From the sequence record MT811961.1: DNA of 64,000 bases. One strand, 5' to 3'. Below the pieces are notes generated by a model. It was given only the letters and a program-made list of their open reading frames with translations, was not told where the DNA came from and did no database searches. Made by a program: the position numbers and the translations under genes. Below, in pieces: positions 26,626 through 36,184 of this stretch (positions are counted from its first letter, which is position 1; each line of letters begins with the position of its first letter).

Positions 26626-26655
26626 GATTTCAAGTGATGTTAATATCTATATTAC
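26626..26655 (+). promoter_or_regulatory. Class I early promoter
   Basis: GATTTCAAG-N11-TCTATATTAC. Confidence 0.7.
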
Positions 26656-26691
26656 TGCATGGTATAGAATTCCTAAGTCAAAGGAGAGTAG

Positions 26692-28155
26692 ATGAAAATC
26701 GAACTGAGTCGTCATGACAGAGTAATTAGTGTTTCGCACGGCAACGAAAAACTAAACTTCCTGTTCAGTGTTTGGACCACACTAAACCACAACCCAACTG
26801 AGGTTATCTTTGGTCCTACAAACGAGTATCTTGCAGTCCTGCCAGAAGAAAAACAACAAGCTTTGTTTGAGTGTTATCGTCGAGCAGAATCAGTATTCTC
26901 TGATGCGAGTAAGATCAAACATCTAAAAGCAGAAATCATTACTATCAACAAGGATCTAACAAACCTTATTGATTATGACCATCTGCATGCTTGGTGTACA
27001 GCTAATGCTAACTTCTATCAAGATCCACCGCAGCCAGTACTAGCTGGCAAGAATCCACCAGAGATGACGTACTCATTACAAGAGATGTTTGACTTGCGTG
27101 CGATGTGTGTTGGTCTGAAGTTACTTACTCCGATCATTGGTTCTTTTGTTATCAGTACAAAAGATGAAATCCAAACAACCCAGAAAGAACGTGTGACTGG
27201 TGAGATTGTTTCTGCTACAAGCTTGGCAGAATGGCCTCCGTTTGTACGTTTCTCTCGCTACATTGCAGTTCTTGCACATCGTCGTCAATCGGCAGTCCCA
27301 ATGCCATTGCGCTTTGGTGCAGCAAAAACAAACTTAGACAAATACCTGATGGGTATGTCTATTGTTCGTCGCTTTGCTATTGCCCGCTTGCGTAATACTG
27401 ATGATGGTAACATCATTGCTTATGTGTATACATTCCTTGATGACAAACTGCGCAACTTAAATAAGGACAGCTGGAACCATAAGTTTAATACTGGTGATAG
27501 TAGTGGTGGCGCAGAATCAATTGGTTATGCCGATCACCACCGTATTTCAGAAGAAGTAACAAAAGACTACGTTGTAGCCTCTGAGTTATATCTGGAAGAT
27601 TATCAGACAGTGGTTCATCATCTTGGATTAAATCCAGATGTACTGCCTCGTGTAGAAAACTATCTGCGTCTATTGCATGAACGTATCGAACAGTATCATA
27701 TTGTTCCAGAGATCCACTACTTCCTGGTAGGTCTTGTGATCAAAGATATCATCGATCCACGTTCACTGATGATTGTAGAGTCTAAGCCTGCACTACTTGC
27801 CGTTATTGCAGTAGCTTGTGTTTACTACGAAAACCTAGGATATAGTGATCTGGCTCGATTGCTTCTGTCTCGCCGTGAAGAACGAGACCCATCGATGCTA
27901 ACTGGTGCGTCCGGTACATTGGTAATCAGTCACCTTAGTCATTCACTGGCAGCCGACCTGAGTGCATGTTACCCATATGTACTTGAGGCTGATATTAAAG
28001 CGAAGACCAATCCTGGTAAACGTTCTATCGAAGGCCTAGTAAAATCAGTCCTAACCTACGACTGGATCGATGCAGAAAACATTTCTGATATCCGTCGTTC
28101 TATCGCATCTTGCCTAATCATGGCAGCAAAACAACCAACCCAACAACAAGCTTAA
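26692..28155 (+). CDS. nvRNAP promoter-specificity (sigma-like) subunit, phiKZ gp68-like
   Basis: 487 aa helical protein at the gp68 position with an early promoter. Assigned by synteny. Confidence 0.65.
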   Translation: MKIELSRHDRVISVSHGNEKLNFLFSVWTTLNHNPTEVIFGPTNEYLAVLPEEKQQALFECYRRAESVFSDASKIKHLKAEIITINKDLTNLIDYDHLHAWCTANANFYQDPPQPVLAGKNPPEMTYSLQEMFDLRAMCVGLKLLTPIIGSFVISTKDEIQTTQKERVTGEIVSATSLAEWPPFVRFSRYIAVLAHRRQSAVPMPLRFGAAKTNLDKYLMGMSIVRRFAIARLRNTDDGNIIAYVYTFLDDKLRNLNKDSWNHKFNTGDSSGGAESIGYADHHRISEEVTKDYVVASELYLEDYQTVVHHLGLNPDVLPRVENYLRLLHERIEQYHIVPEIHYFLVGLVIKDIIDPRSLMIVESKPALLAVIAVACVYYENLGYSDLARLLLSRREERDPSMLTGASGTLVISHLSHSLAADLSACYPYVLEADIKAKTNPGKRSIEGLVKSVLTYDWIDAENISDIRRSIASCLIMAAKQPTQQQA

Positions 28156-28169
28156 AAGGAAAATCAAAC

Positions 28170-29627
28170 ATGTACGAACATTCAGTAATTGCTCAAGTTA
28201 ACCAAGGTGTAACAGTTAACCTAATCGGCGCAATGTTCTTTGAAGTTCCTGCCTCGCAGCCACTCCACTATCGTCCAATGAACATCCACCTAAGTCAAGC
28301 AGGCATCAATGCTCTGCAAAACGTAACTGAAGGTGGTGCTATCATTAACGAAGCAACATTACGTGATATCGCTCACGATATCATCCGCCCATCTGATACA
28401 TCTCGTGGTGAGATTGGTATCCAAGGTGGTTGGGGTACTTCTCGTTGTTCAGTATTCCTTAACTTCGAAATCAAGTCTGGTGAAATGACTTACTACGAAG
28501 TTCTGACTGGTTACACGGCAACACCAGAAATCGGTGCTAACAATACTGTTGCAAACCATCTGCTTATCATTCCTAACTCGCTATTGCGTGTGGGTCAACA
28601 AAGCTCGCATGGTGCAATGGGCCAGCGTCTGACTATGAGTACTCGTCAAAACCAGCACGTACTGACACCGATTCAAGTAATGACTCAAACAGGTCAAGTA
28701 AGCGGTGCTAACTCACAGCGTCCTACTGACTTGTTGGTCGGTCTACAAAACCAAGTTGTTGGTACAAGCCGTGATGGTTATGATCCACGCCAAGCGCTTA
28801 ACAAGCCTACTGGTGTTGCATCTGACCGTGTAGTTAACTCGTCTTCTGCTAAGACACTGAACCGCATCTTGACTTCTTGGTCTCAAGCGGCACAGCAAAG
28901 TGAGAAATCACTACAGCACAATGACCGCTACATGATCGGCCTTGCAGCAACCAATGCTCGTGAAAACGATTTCAGTTCAAGCCAACTGTTCACTCTATTG
29001 GGTGCTCGTACACAGTTCGGCCAGTCTGGTGCATTTACATGGCAAGAGCTATGTGGTGCAGTAGCTGGTGTTAACTGGCAGGCAGTGCGTACACAACCTC
29101 TTATGGGTGGTATGCCTAATGCAGCTAACATGGCAAGCTGGGGCGGTTTCAGTGAAGAAGTTAAGATTGGTAACCGTCTGACGCAGGCTGTTCCAAGTAT
29201 CGTAACTCAAGTACTGGGCGCAGAGTTCAGCTTCACGGCAACAAAGGACATCATCAACAATACACATGCCGTCCTACCAGAAATCTTCCGCCCTATGTTT
29301 GAAGTACAGTCTGATGCACATTACATGCACGCAGCTGTTCAAGCAATGGCGAGTACTATCTTGCCTGAGATCATCCCACCAACAGTTGGTCAATACCAAC
29401 TTAAGTGTCACTTCGTAATCGGTGGTGACATGTTCATGGAAATCTCACTAGATGGTAAACCACCAGTTCCACTAATCATGCCATGTTACTGTGACTCATT
29501 GTCCTCAATGAACATTGCGACTTCTAAAGAAGAAGTAGATGCCAACGGTCAGAAGATCGGTGAGATCATCCGCAATACATTCGTAGGTGCAGCTAGTCCA
29601 GCACAAGCAACGGCACTTTATGTCTAA
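28170..29627 (+). CDS. picA: PicA/Imp1-like nuclear-shell protein import factor (phiKZ gp69-like)
   Basis: 485 aa from the SD-preceded ATG, directly after the gp68-like gene. Assigned by synteny only. Confidence 0.55.
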   Translation: MYEHSVIAQVNQGVTVNLIGAMFFEVPASQPLHYRPMNIHLSQAGINALQNVTEGGAIINEATLRDIAHDIIRPSDTSRGEIGIQGGWGTSRCSVFLNFEIKSGEMTYYEVLTGYTATPEIGANNTVANHLLIIPNSLLRVGQQSSHGAMGQRLTMSTRQNQHVLTPIQVMTQTGQVSGANSQRPTDLLVGLQNQVVGTSRDGYDPRQALNKPTGVASDRVVNSSSAKTLNRILTSWSQAAQQSEKSLQHNDRYMIGLAATNARENDFSSSQLFTLLGARTQFGQSGAFTWQELCGAVAGVNWQAVRTQPLMGGMPNAANMASWGGFSEEVKIGNRLTQAVPSIVTQVLGAEFSFTATKDIINNTHAVLPEIFRPMFEVQSDAHYMHAAVQAMASTILPEIIPPTVGQYQLKCHFVIGGDMFMEISLDGKPPVPLIMPCYCDSLSSMNIATSKEEVDANGQKIGEIIRNTFVGAASPAQATALYV

Positions 29628-29670
29628 TTAAAGCCAGGGGGAGGAAACTCCCCCATCGGAGAATCAAACA

Positions 29671-31587
29671 ATGCAAATCTCTAAAATCTATGAAGGTATC
29701 CTTTCTTCTCTTGACGCGTACATGGATCAGGATACTCGTCATCTTTACACTCATGTGCACAAAGGCAAAAAGTCTTCAGTTAAAGTAAACTACCGTGCAC
29801 CAGGTACAGACTCAGCAAAACAATTCCCGATCGTGCTTGTAGACGAAGCAATGGCTAACAAGTGTGACGATCCATCTGTACTTAAGTTTAACCCAATGGT
29901 TGAGTCTTACTTGGCCAAAGGTCAATCTGAAGTTCAGAAGCGCCTAGTCTTTGATGCGTCGAATGCAGTAATGGTTCGTCTAGTAGAAGTATTCGTATCT
30001 ATGGTTTACATGGTTACAAATACAGAAGCACACGAAGGCCTAACTGGTGAGCTGTACGAACTACTTAAAGGCATTCCTTCACCAAAAGATGGTAAGGCGG
30101 CTGAGAAGTTCATCAGCTACATGAACACGGTAATGAAGAAGCATACTGGCGTTAAAGGTCGTAATGCACTTTGTCGTTACCAGCAGCAATCAAATGTTAA
30201 GATTGGCGATAAAACTCATATCCGTGTTACAGCACTGATTACGCCATACCTTGACAAACTGAATGCAGATCAACCAGCGGGCATCAAGCCACCAAATAAA
30301 GATGTTGGTAAAATGATTCGTCTCGTAGCAACACGACTAAAAGAATACTTGGATGTCGTGTCTACTTGGGATGGTCGTAATGCACCATACTTCATGTCTC
30401 TATTGGAGTGTCACGCAGAAGTAATCCGTCGTCTTAACAAGTTAGGCAAACTACTTGATCTAGAGATGGGTGTTAACTTCAATGCCGATTGGTACACTGA
30501 AGACCTAGAGACAAAACTGCAAGATCTTTACGTTAAAGAACTTAATGTAGAGTTCCCTGCAAACCAAGGCGAAATGAAAGAACAAGCAGCGGCTCCAGTT
30601 GTAAACGAAGCACCGGTGTCTACTATTCAGACTACGACTCCTGTAACAACTGCTCCAACCCCAGCACCAGCTGCACCACAACCAACTCAACCTAAATCAA
30701 CGACACTTGCCGAAGTACCAAAAACCTCCGGCCCTATCAAGTTAGAAGGACGCAATAACATGGCTATCCAAACTCGCACTGAAGTACTTGCACAAGCTCA
30801 CGCACCTGTATCTGAATACCAATCAGGTTTTGCAAAGTCCTCGGCCGCAACTAATACAGAGCAGACTGTTGCGGTAAGTCAGCCAGCGGCGACTGCTCCG
30901 TCTCAAAGTGCAACAGCACCGGTACTAAAAGAAGCTCCGTCGGCAGCTCCTGCTGGTAGCCATGCTCCTGTACTAAAAGAAGCTATGGTGCACGTCCAAG
31001 ATGCAAATGGTGCTTACCTGTACAACCGTGATAACTCACCGTACAAACTAGCATCATCTGATATCCCACGTGACCCGTTCCTTCAAGAGAAGCAAACTAA
31101 TGGTGCGTTGATCTTTAACTCTGATGGTACGCCATCTCTGTACAAAGCAACATTGGCTTCCGGTGCTCCTGCTAACTCATACCATGCAGCTCCAACTACT
31201 GCGCCAGCTAACCCATACCATGCAGCTCCAGTTCAGTCTGGTCCATACAACCCATACCATGCAGCTAATCAGCAAAATGGTCCTGCGGGCTTTGGTCATA
31301 CTGCTGCGGCTTATGGTACTGCACCACAGATGCCTACAATCATCCTGATGATGCGCAATGGTCAGCAAGTACAGGCACAGTTCGATGCAAATGGTAATGC
31401 AATGGGTGAGTACTTCACTTCAGCTGGTCAGCCTGTAACGCACTTCAGTCAGATTGCACATCTGGTTGGCGGTGCGGCAGCTCCAGCAACTGGTTACTGT
31501 CAGCCTAATGCTTATGGTCAACCACAACAAACTGGTGGCTTCCAATTTGGTCAGCAAACAACTGCGCCATCATACTCGCACTTTTAA
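29671..31587 (+). CDS. Conserved phiKZ gp70-like protein with long low-complexity C-terminus
   Basis: 638 aa. The C-terminal half is A/P/T/Q-rich with internal repeats. Confidence 0.7.
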   Translation: MQISKIYEGILSSLDAYMDQDTRHLYTHVHKGKKSSVKVNYRAPGTDSAKQFPIVLVDEAMANKCDDPSVLKFNPMVESYLAKGQSEVQKRLVFDASNAVMVRLVEVFVSMVYMVTNTEAHEGLTGELYELLKGIPSPKDGKAAEKFISYMNTVMKKHTGVKGRNALCRYQQQSNVKIGDKTHIRVTALITPYLDKLNADQPAGIKPPNKDVGKMIRLVATRLKEYLDVVSTWDGRNAPYFMSLLECHAEVIRRLNKLGKLLDLEMGVNFNADWYTEDLETKLQDLYVKELNVEFPANQGEMKEQAAAPVVNEAPVSTIQTTTPVTTAPTPAPAAPQPTQPKSTTLAEVPKTSGPIKLEGRNNMAIQTRTEVLAQAHAPVSEYQSGFAKSSAATNTEQTVAVSQPAATAPSQSATAPVLKEAPSAAPAGSHAPVLKEAMVHVQDANGAYLYNRDNSPYKLASSDIPRDPFLQEKQTNGALIFNSDGTPSLYKATLASGAPANSYHAAPTTAPANPYHAAPVQSGPYNPYHAANQQNGPAGFGHTAAAYGTAPQMPTIILMMRNGQQVQAQFDANGNAMGEYFTSAGQPVTHFSQIAHLVGGAAAPATGYCQPNAYGQPQQTGGFQFGQQTTAPSYSHF

Positions 31588-31595
31588 ATAGTTAA

Positions 31596-31623
31596 CCTCC
31601 CCGTACCTAATGGCACGGGGAGG
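31596..31623. terminator. Bidirectional terminator
   Basis: cctccccgt...acggggagg between convergent genes. Confidence 0.7.
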
Positions 31624-31635
31624 CTATTTGCATAA

Positions 31636-31977
31636 CTATTTTCTTTTGTACGAAGTAATCAATTTGTCTATTTCCTGCTCGGTAGGAACTAGCAATACTG
31701 CATTCTTCCAGGACTCGTTGAAGTTCTGTGGGTCGCGCATTCTATTGATTACGAGTATTGGAGTCCACAGTTTGGGGGTGATTCCCTTTGACCGCAGATA
31801 ACCAAAGAAGTCAGAGCGATAACGAAAGGTACTGATGGGATCTACAGTTATTGTTGTCGTAGTGCTTAAGCTGCGCAAGTAACTGGAGTGATCTTCTATG
31901 AGACTAATAAAGTCTTTTTCGAAATACCGCTTCGTTGCCTCTGTATACATGATATTATTCTGTGTGATCTTCATCAT
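31636..31977 (-). CDS. Small conserved protein (possible LysM/tail-X-like)
   Basis: FRYRSDFFGYLRSKGI..LW..ILVIN...P pattern. Start uncertain. Confidence 0.5.
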   Translation of the reverse strand: MMKITQNNIMYTEATKRYFEKDFISLIEDHSSYLRSLSTTTTITVDPISTFRYRSDFFGYLRSKGITPKLWTPILVINRMRDPQNFNESWKNAVLLVPTEQEIDKLITSYKRK

Positions 31978-31996
31978 AAAAAAATCTCTATATAAC
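31967..31996 (+). promoter_or_regulatory. Class I early promoter
   Basis: tctatataac at 31987-31996 with TTCA at the same offset as in other copies. Confidence 0.6.
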
Positions 31997-32035
31997 AAGT
32001 CAGAGTCTAAAAGATTCGACCGAAGGAGAAAGACA

Positions 32036-34105
32036 ATGCTAGTTGAAAAACTGCACACCAATTCGTTAGCCATTGGCATTACAGAAGCTATTACCTCGTT
32101 TGAGCGTTTTAACTCTGGTTCGCGTACAGCAATGACAGCCTCACAGTCGTCACAAGCGGTTGTTTTTGCAGATGGCCCTGATAGTGCTCGTATCTTAACA
32201 ACATTCGAGAACGAACAGGCTATTTACTCAATGGGTACGACAATGCCTGTTGATGGACTAAGTAAAGGATTGATTAACAAGTTTAGTACTGGCTATGGTA
32301 TGAACGCAATACGCGTCAACCCGTCTCGAACAATGTTGTTTGTTGACCAAGATACAAACGAACTTGATTGTCTTGATGTGAAGACGTTTGATTATACGCA
32401 CGATATCTTTGGATATGAACTAAAAGAAAATCCATTGATTCGTCACACTGCTCGTGAAAACGTGGCAATCCCTAAAGGCACAAAGCTAACAAGCTCATCG
32501 TCTGTAATGGACAATGGTCTTTATAGTACAACACTACAAGCAAACTACTGTTACCTATCTGCATCTCCAACAATTGAGGATGGTGTATGGGCATCAGAGT
32601 CTTTTGTTCGTCGTGCGATGCCTTATGCCTTTGCCAAGATTACATTTGAATGGGGTCGTACTCATTACCCTCTAGATACATACGGTGATGGATCCATCTA
32701 TAAACCATTCTGTGGTCCTGGTGAAAAGATCAAGCCATCTGGTTTGGTTGCAGCTACTCGTGCTAAGTGTCCTATCTTTGATGGGATTCTAATGTTACCT
32801 TCTGAACTAAGAAAGGTACAGGTATTCGACAAAGCTGTTTATGCTCCGCCAGAATCAGAAGATGTGGAAGTGGCTGACATCACGGTTACGACAACAACCC
32901 GTGACCATAGTCGTCTACCATTGACTCCGATTGGCATGGAAGCATATCCACGTATCTTTGCAGAACAGCATTCGAAGTTCTATGATCGTCTACTGGAAGT
33001 TTATAGTGAGTATATGCGCACAACAAACTTCAAGGGTCGTATTAGTCCTCGTCTAAGTAATCTACTTACTCGTGCTTATGCCGATAAGCCGAACGACAGC
33101 CGTGCACGTTTTGGTGCTCGTAAAGCAGGTGGCATTACGCGTACGCAGCGTGGTACTCCTATTGACGAATGGCATGTTGAACTTAAGCTTAAATGGAAGT
33201 TCCGTATCGGGGATGGTGGTAAAGTTACAAACCTCCACGGAAGTAAGGGTGTATTCTCGCGTATCGTACCTGACGAAGATATGCCGACAGACCAATTTGG
33301 TCGTCGTGCGGAAATCGTAATGTATGGGGGTTCAACAATCGCTCGTCTTAATGATGGTCAGTTGTATGAACAGTACGTGAATGCCTGTGGTGATACAGTC
33401 GCCATGAAGGTAAAACAAATGCTTGATGGTGGTGACCTAGAAGGAGCATGGAGCTTCCTGATGGGATGGTATGAGATTGCAAGCCCAGAAACATTTGCAG
33501 TCATGTCCAACAAAGCACCAGACAAACGAGCAGCCCACATTAACCTTATTGCTGAGAATGGTCCAACACTAATCATTCCTGGTGATAATACTTATGTAGG
33601 TGTTGACTGGATCAAGCGTTTGAATGCGTATTGTCCACCAATCAAAACTCCTGTTACTTTCCGTAACCTGGATGGTAACATGGTAACAACCGAAGTTCCT
33701 GTATTGATCGGCAGTGCTTCATGGTGGATTCTAGATAAGTCTTCTACCAAACCAATGGCAGTATCGGTAGCCCGTCGTCAAATCCATGGCTTGCCGAGTA
33801 CGCTTAATAAGTCTACGAAGATCAGTAGTCCAACTAACAAACAGCCATCTCGTGCTTATGCCGAATCAGAGATTCGTGGTATTACTGCGGCGGTTCATGG
33901 TAAGTATGTAATGGATGTCGTAGACTTGTCTGTTAACCCAGAAGCACTTGACATGATGTTACGTGCACAATGGAAGTCAGACAACCCTATGGGCGAATAC
34001 AACATGGTAGACCGTTCTCAGGTCGGCTATGGTGAAGGTCGCTCAGTATCGATTCCACGACACATTCTAGAGTGTCTGGGTCCAACAATCACACGTTCAG
34101 CTTAG
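32036..34105 (+). CDS. nvRNAP beta-like subunit (phiKZ gp71-73-like), uninterrupted
   Basis: NSGSRTAM, IEDG, GDGGKVTNLHGSKGV, SRAYAESEIR. SD aaggag before ATG 32036. Confidence 0.9.
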   Translation: MLVEKLHTNSLAIGITEAITSFERFNSGSRTAMTASQSSQAVVFADGPDSARILTTFENEQAIYSMGTTMPVDGLSKGLINKFSTGYGMNAIRVNPSRTMLFVDQDTNELDCLDVKTFDYTHDIFGYELKENPLIRHTARENVAIPKGTKLTSSSSVMDNGLYSTTLQANYCYLSASPTIEDGVWASESFVRRAMPYAFAKITFEWGRTHYPLDTYGDGSIYKPFCGPGEKIKPSGLVAATRAKCPIFDGILMLPSELRKVQVFDKAVYAPPESEDVEVADITVTTTTRDHSRLPLTPIGMEAYPRIFAEQHSKFYDRLLEVYSEYMRTTNFKGRISPRLSNLLTRAYADKPNDSRARFGARKAGGITRTQRGTPIDEWHVELKLKWKFRIGDGGKVTNLHGSKGVFSRIVPDEDMPTDQFGRRAEIVMYGGSTIARLNDGQLYEQYVNACGDTVAMKVKQMLDGGDLEGAWSFLMGWYEIASPETFAVMSNKAPDKRAAHINLIAENGPTLIIPGDNTYVGVDWIKRLNAYCPPIKTPVTFRNLDGNMVTTEVPVLIGSASWWILDKSSTKPMAVSVARRQIHGLPSTLNKSTKISSPTNKQPSRAYAESEIRGITAAVHGKYVMDVVDLSVNPEALDMMLRAQWKSDNPMGEYNMVDRSQVGYGEGRSVSIPRHILECLGPTITRSA

Positions 34106-34115
34106 GAGATAGAAA

Positions 34116-36080
34116 ATGGTAAACAGAGACTACACGATTGATCAAATTGTCGCGATGACAAAAGAACAAGTGTGGGAGTTACCAGTTGGCGGCCTTCGTG
34201 TCGCCTTTTCTGATAAGACCATTGTATGTCCAACTAACATCGTCAAGATCAACTGGTATTTCTGGCAGTTGTATAAGTTTGGCGGTATCGAAGGTATCAG
34301 CAGTGATGCCTACATGGGTAACATTGACTTTAATGGCGGTGTTCCAAGTAAAGAACTAAGTAAGATCTTCTGGGAAGTTTACATGCGCCGCGTAGGCGGA
34401 TTCTTCCCTGGTCAAGGTCTAGACTTTGTGTGGGAAATGTCTCGTCGCACATATCAAGTAATCAATGAGCTGTACAATGACTCTATCTTCAAGATGGCTA
34501 GTCATGTATCGACATTGGATATCATGGATTTGATCAATGTACTTGATGCACCAGAAGTTCAAGATGCGCAAGCAAAATGGGCTGTTGGCGATATGGATGT
34601 GGATGACTGTCACGATGTAACATGGAATACGTTGACATCTGGTCGCCCAGAATTCCACTTCAATGAGATCTCTCGTGGTGCTCGTGCTAAAATCTTTAAC
34701 CAGCGTCAGACTAACCAAACGATCGGTCCTCGTGCTTATATTCCAGAAATCAACGGTACGGCATTTAAGACGCCGATTGCACCTGGTTATATCTCTGGTC
34801 TAGAAAGCCAATATGACCGCCTCATTGAATCGCGTACAGCGGCTATTGCATATTTCATGGCAAAAGCACCGCTAGAGGATTCAGAGTACAATAACCGCAT
34901 GGCACAGTTCTTGTGTTCGGTTATTCGTGGTATTGATCATTGTGACTGTGGCACTAAACATACGCTAACCTGGCGTGTTGGTGGACCTAAGGATCTAAGT
35001 CGTCTTCGTGGTAAGTTCTACATGAAAGATGGCCAGCATCACATGATCTATGGCAATGAGAAGGAACTCATTGGCCAGACTCTGGAGATTCGTTCGTTTA
35101 CGCGGTGTGAATCAAAAGACCCACAATATCCATGTGCTATCTGTATTGGTTGGAATGCTTGGACTACTCCACCTAATACAGTACTTGGCCATCACTTGTC
35201 AACCGAACCTCTTGGTCGTATCTCTCAGAAGATCCTTTCGACTAAGCACGTTATTGCATCTACGAAACCTTTGTATCTGCATGTTGGCGTTGACAATGCG
35301 AAGTTCATGGAACTGGATATGGACAACCCGCATCTTGTGCGTTTACGTGAACAAGAAAATGTAGACTCAGTTAGCCTACGTCTAAGTCGAGATGAAGCAG
35401 CCTTCTTGAATGATGTGCTGTCAGTCGAAGATCCACATGAGCTAATCGAAAGTCGCATCTCTTGCATTACGAACCTACAAGTGCATTATATGATCAATGG
35501 ACGTACAACTCCACATATTGTTAACCTGGATGTTAGTCTTGGTGGCTTTGGCTCTCCTTTGACTACGGACTTCCTAACTTATCTGAAAGAAGTAAGCTGG
35601 GACGTTATGGGTACAAACATTATTGTGGATATGAATCGTTGGAATTACGCAATGCCAATTATTCGTACACCAGCTCGTGGTGCTGATGTAATGACAGTAC
35701 TACATGCTTTCCAAGATTTTGTAAACAGTCCTAACAAACCACATGCGGTTCGCGCAACAGACTACAACCATCCTGGTCCAGCTATTGCTGCATTGATGGA
35801 AGCACTGTCTGAACACATTCCGATTAACTTTAGTCACGCTGAAGTTTTCGTACGTGCATTGATGTGCCGTGTAAATGAGAGCGGGCATGCTACTTATGAG
35901 ATGCCTCGAGGCGGTGATGAGTTTGTATTTGGCTCGATGAAAGATTTGATTCACAATCGTTCAGAAGGTACAGGTATGGCATTCGAATCACACGTCCGTA
36001 AGATCTTTAGTCCTGGTACATATCTAAAAGATGGACAAGACATTCCGTCTACTAGTATGGACTACATCTGGTCTGAATAA
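34116..36080 (+). CDS. nvRNAP beta'-like subunit (phiKZ gp74-like)
   Basis: SEYNNR, CDCGT, CAICIG, QKILSTKH. Confidence 0.85.
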   Translation: MVNRDYTIDQIVAMTKEQVWELPVGGLRVAFSDKTIVCPTNIVKINWYFWQLYKFGGIEGISSDAYMGNIDFNGGVPSKELSKIFWEVYMRRVGGFFPGQGLDFVWEMSRRTYQVINELYNDSIFKMASHVSTLDIMDLINVLDAPEVQDAQAKWAVGDMDVDDCHDVTWNTLTSGRPEFHFNEISRGARAKIFNQRQTNQTIGPRAYIPEINGTAFKTPIAPGYISGLESQYDRLIESRTAAIAYFMAKAPLEDSEYNNRMAQFLCSVIRGIDHCDCGTKHTLTWRVGGPKDLSRLRGKFYMKDGQHHMIYGNEKELIGQTLEIRSFTRCESKDPQYPCAICIGWNAWTTPPNTVLGHHLSTEPLGRISQKILSTKHVIASTKPLYLHVGVDNAKFMELDMDNPHLVRLREQENVDSVSLRLSRDEAAFLNDVLSVEDPHELIESRISCITNLQVHYMINGRTTPHIVNLDVSLGGFGSPLTTDFLTYLKEVSWDVMGTNIIVDMNRWNYAMPIIRTPARGADVMTVLHAFQDFVNSPNKPHAVRATDYNHPGPAIAALMEALSEHIPINFSHAEVFVRALMCRVNESGHATYEMPRGGDEFVFGSMKDLIHNRSEGTGMAFESHVRKIFSPGTYLKDGQDIPSTSMDYIWSE

Positions 36081-36088
36081 GAAATCTT

Positions 36089-36122
36089 CCTCTAGCCCTT
36101 GTGGCTAGGGGCTTTTCTTTTT
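36089..36122 (+). terminator. Intrinsic terminator
   Basis: cctctagcc-cttgt-ggctagggg followed by a T tract. Confidence 0.75.
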
Positions 36123-36184
36123 AAACTTTCTTCTTTAATATTATAGTTTACGTAATATTATTAAGGAGGTGCGCCATCGATATT

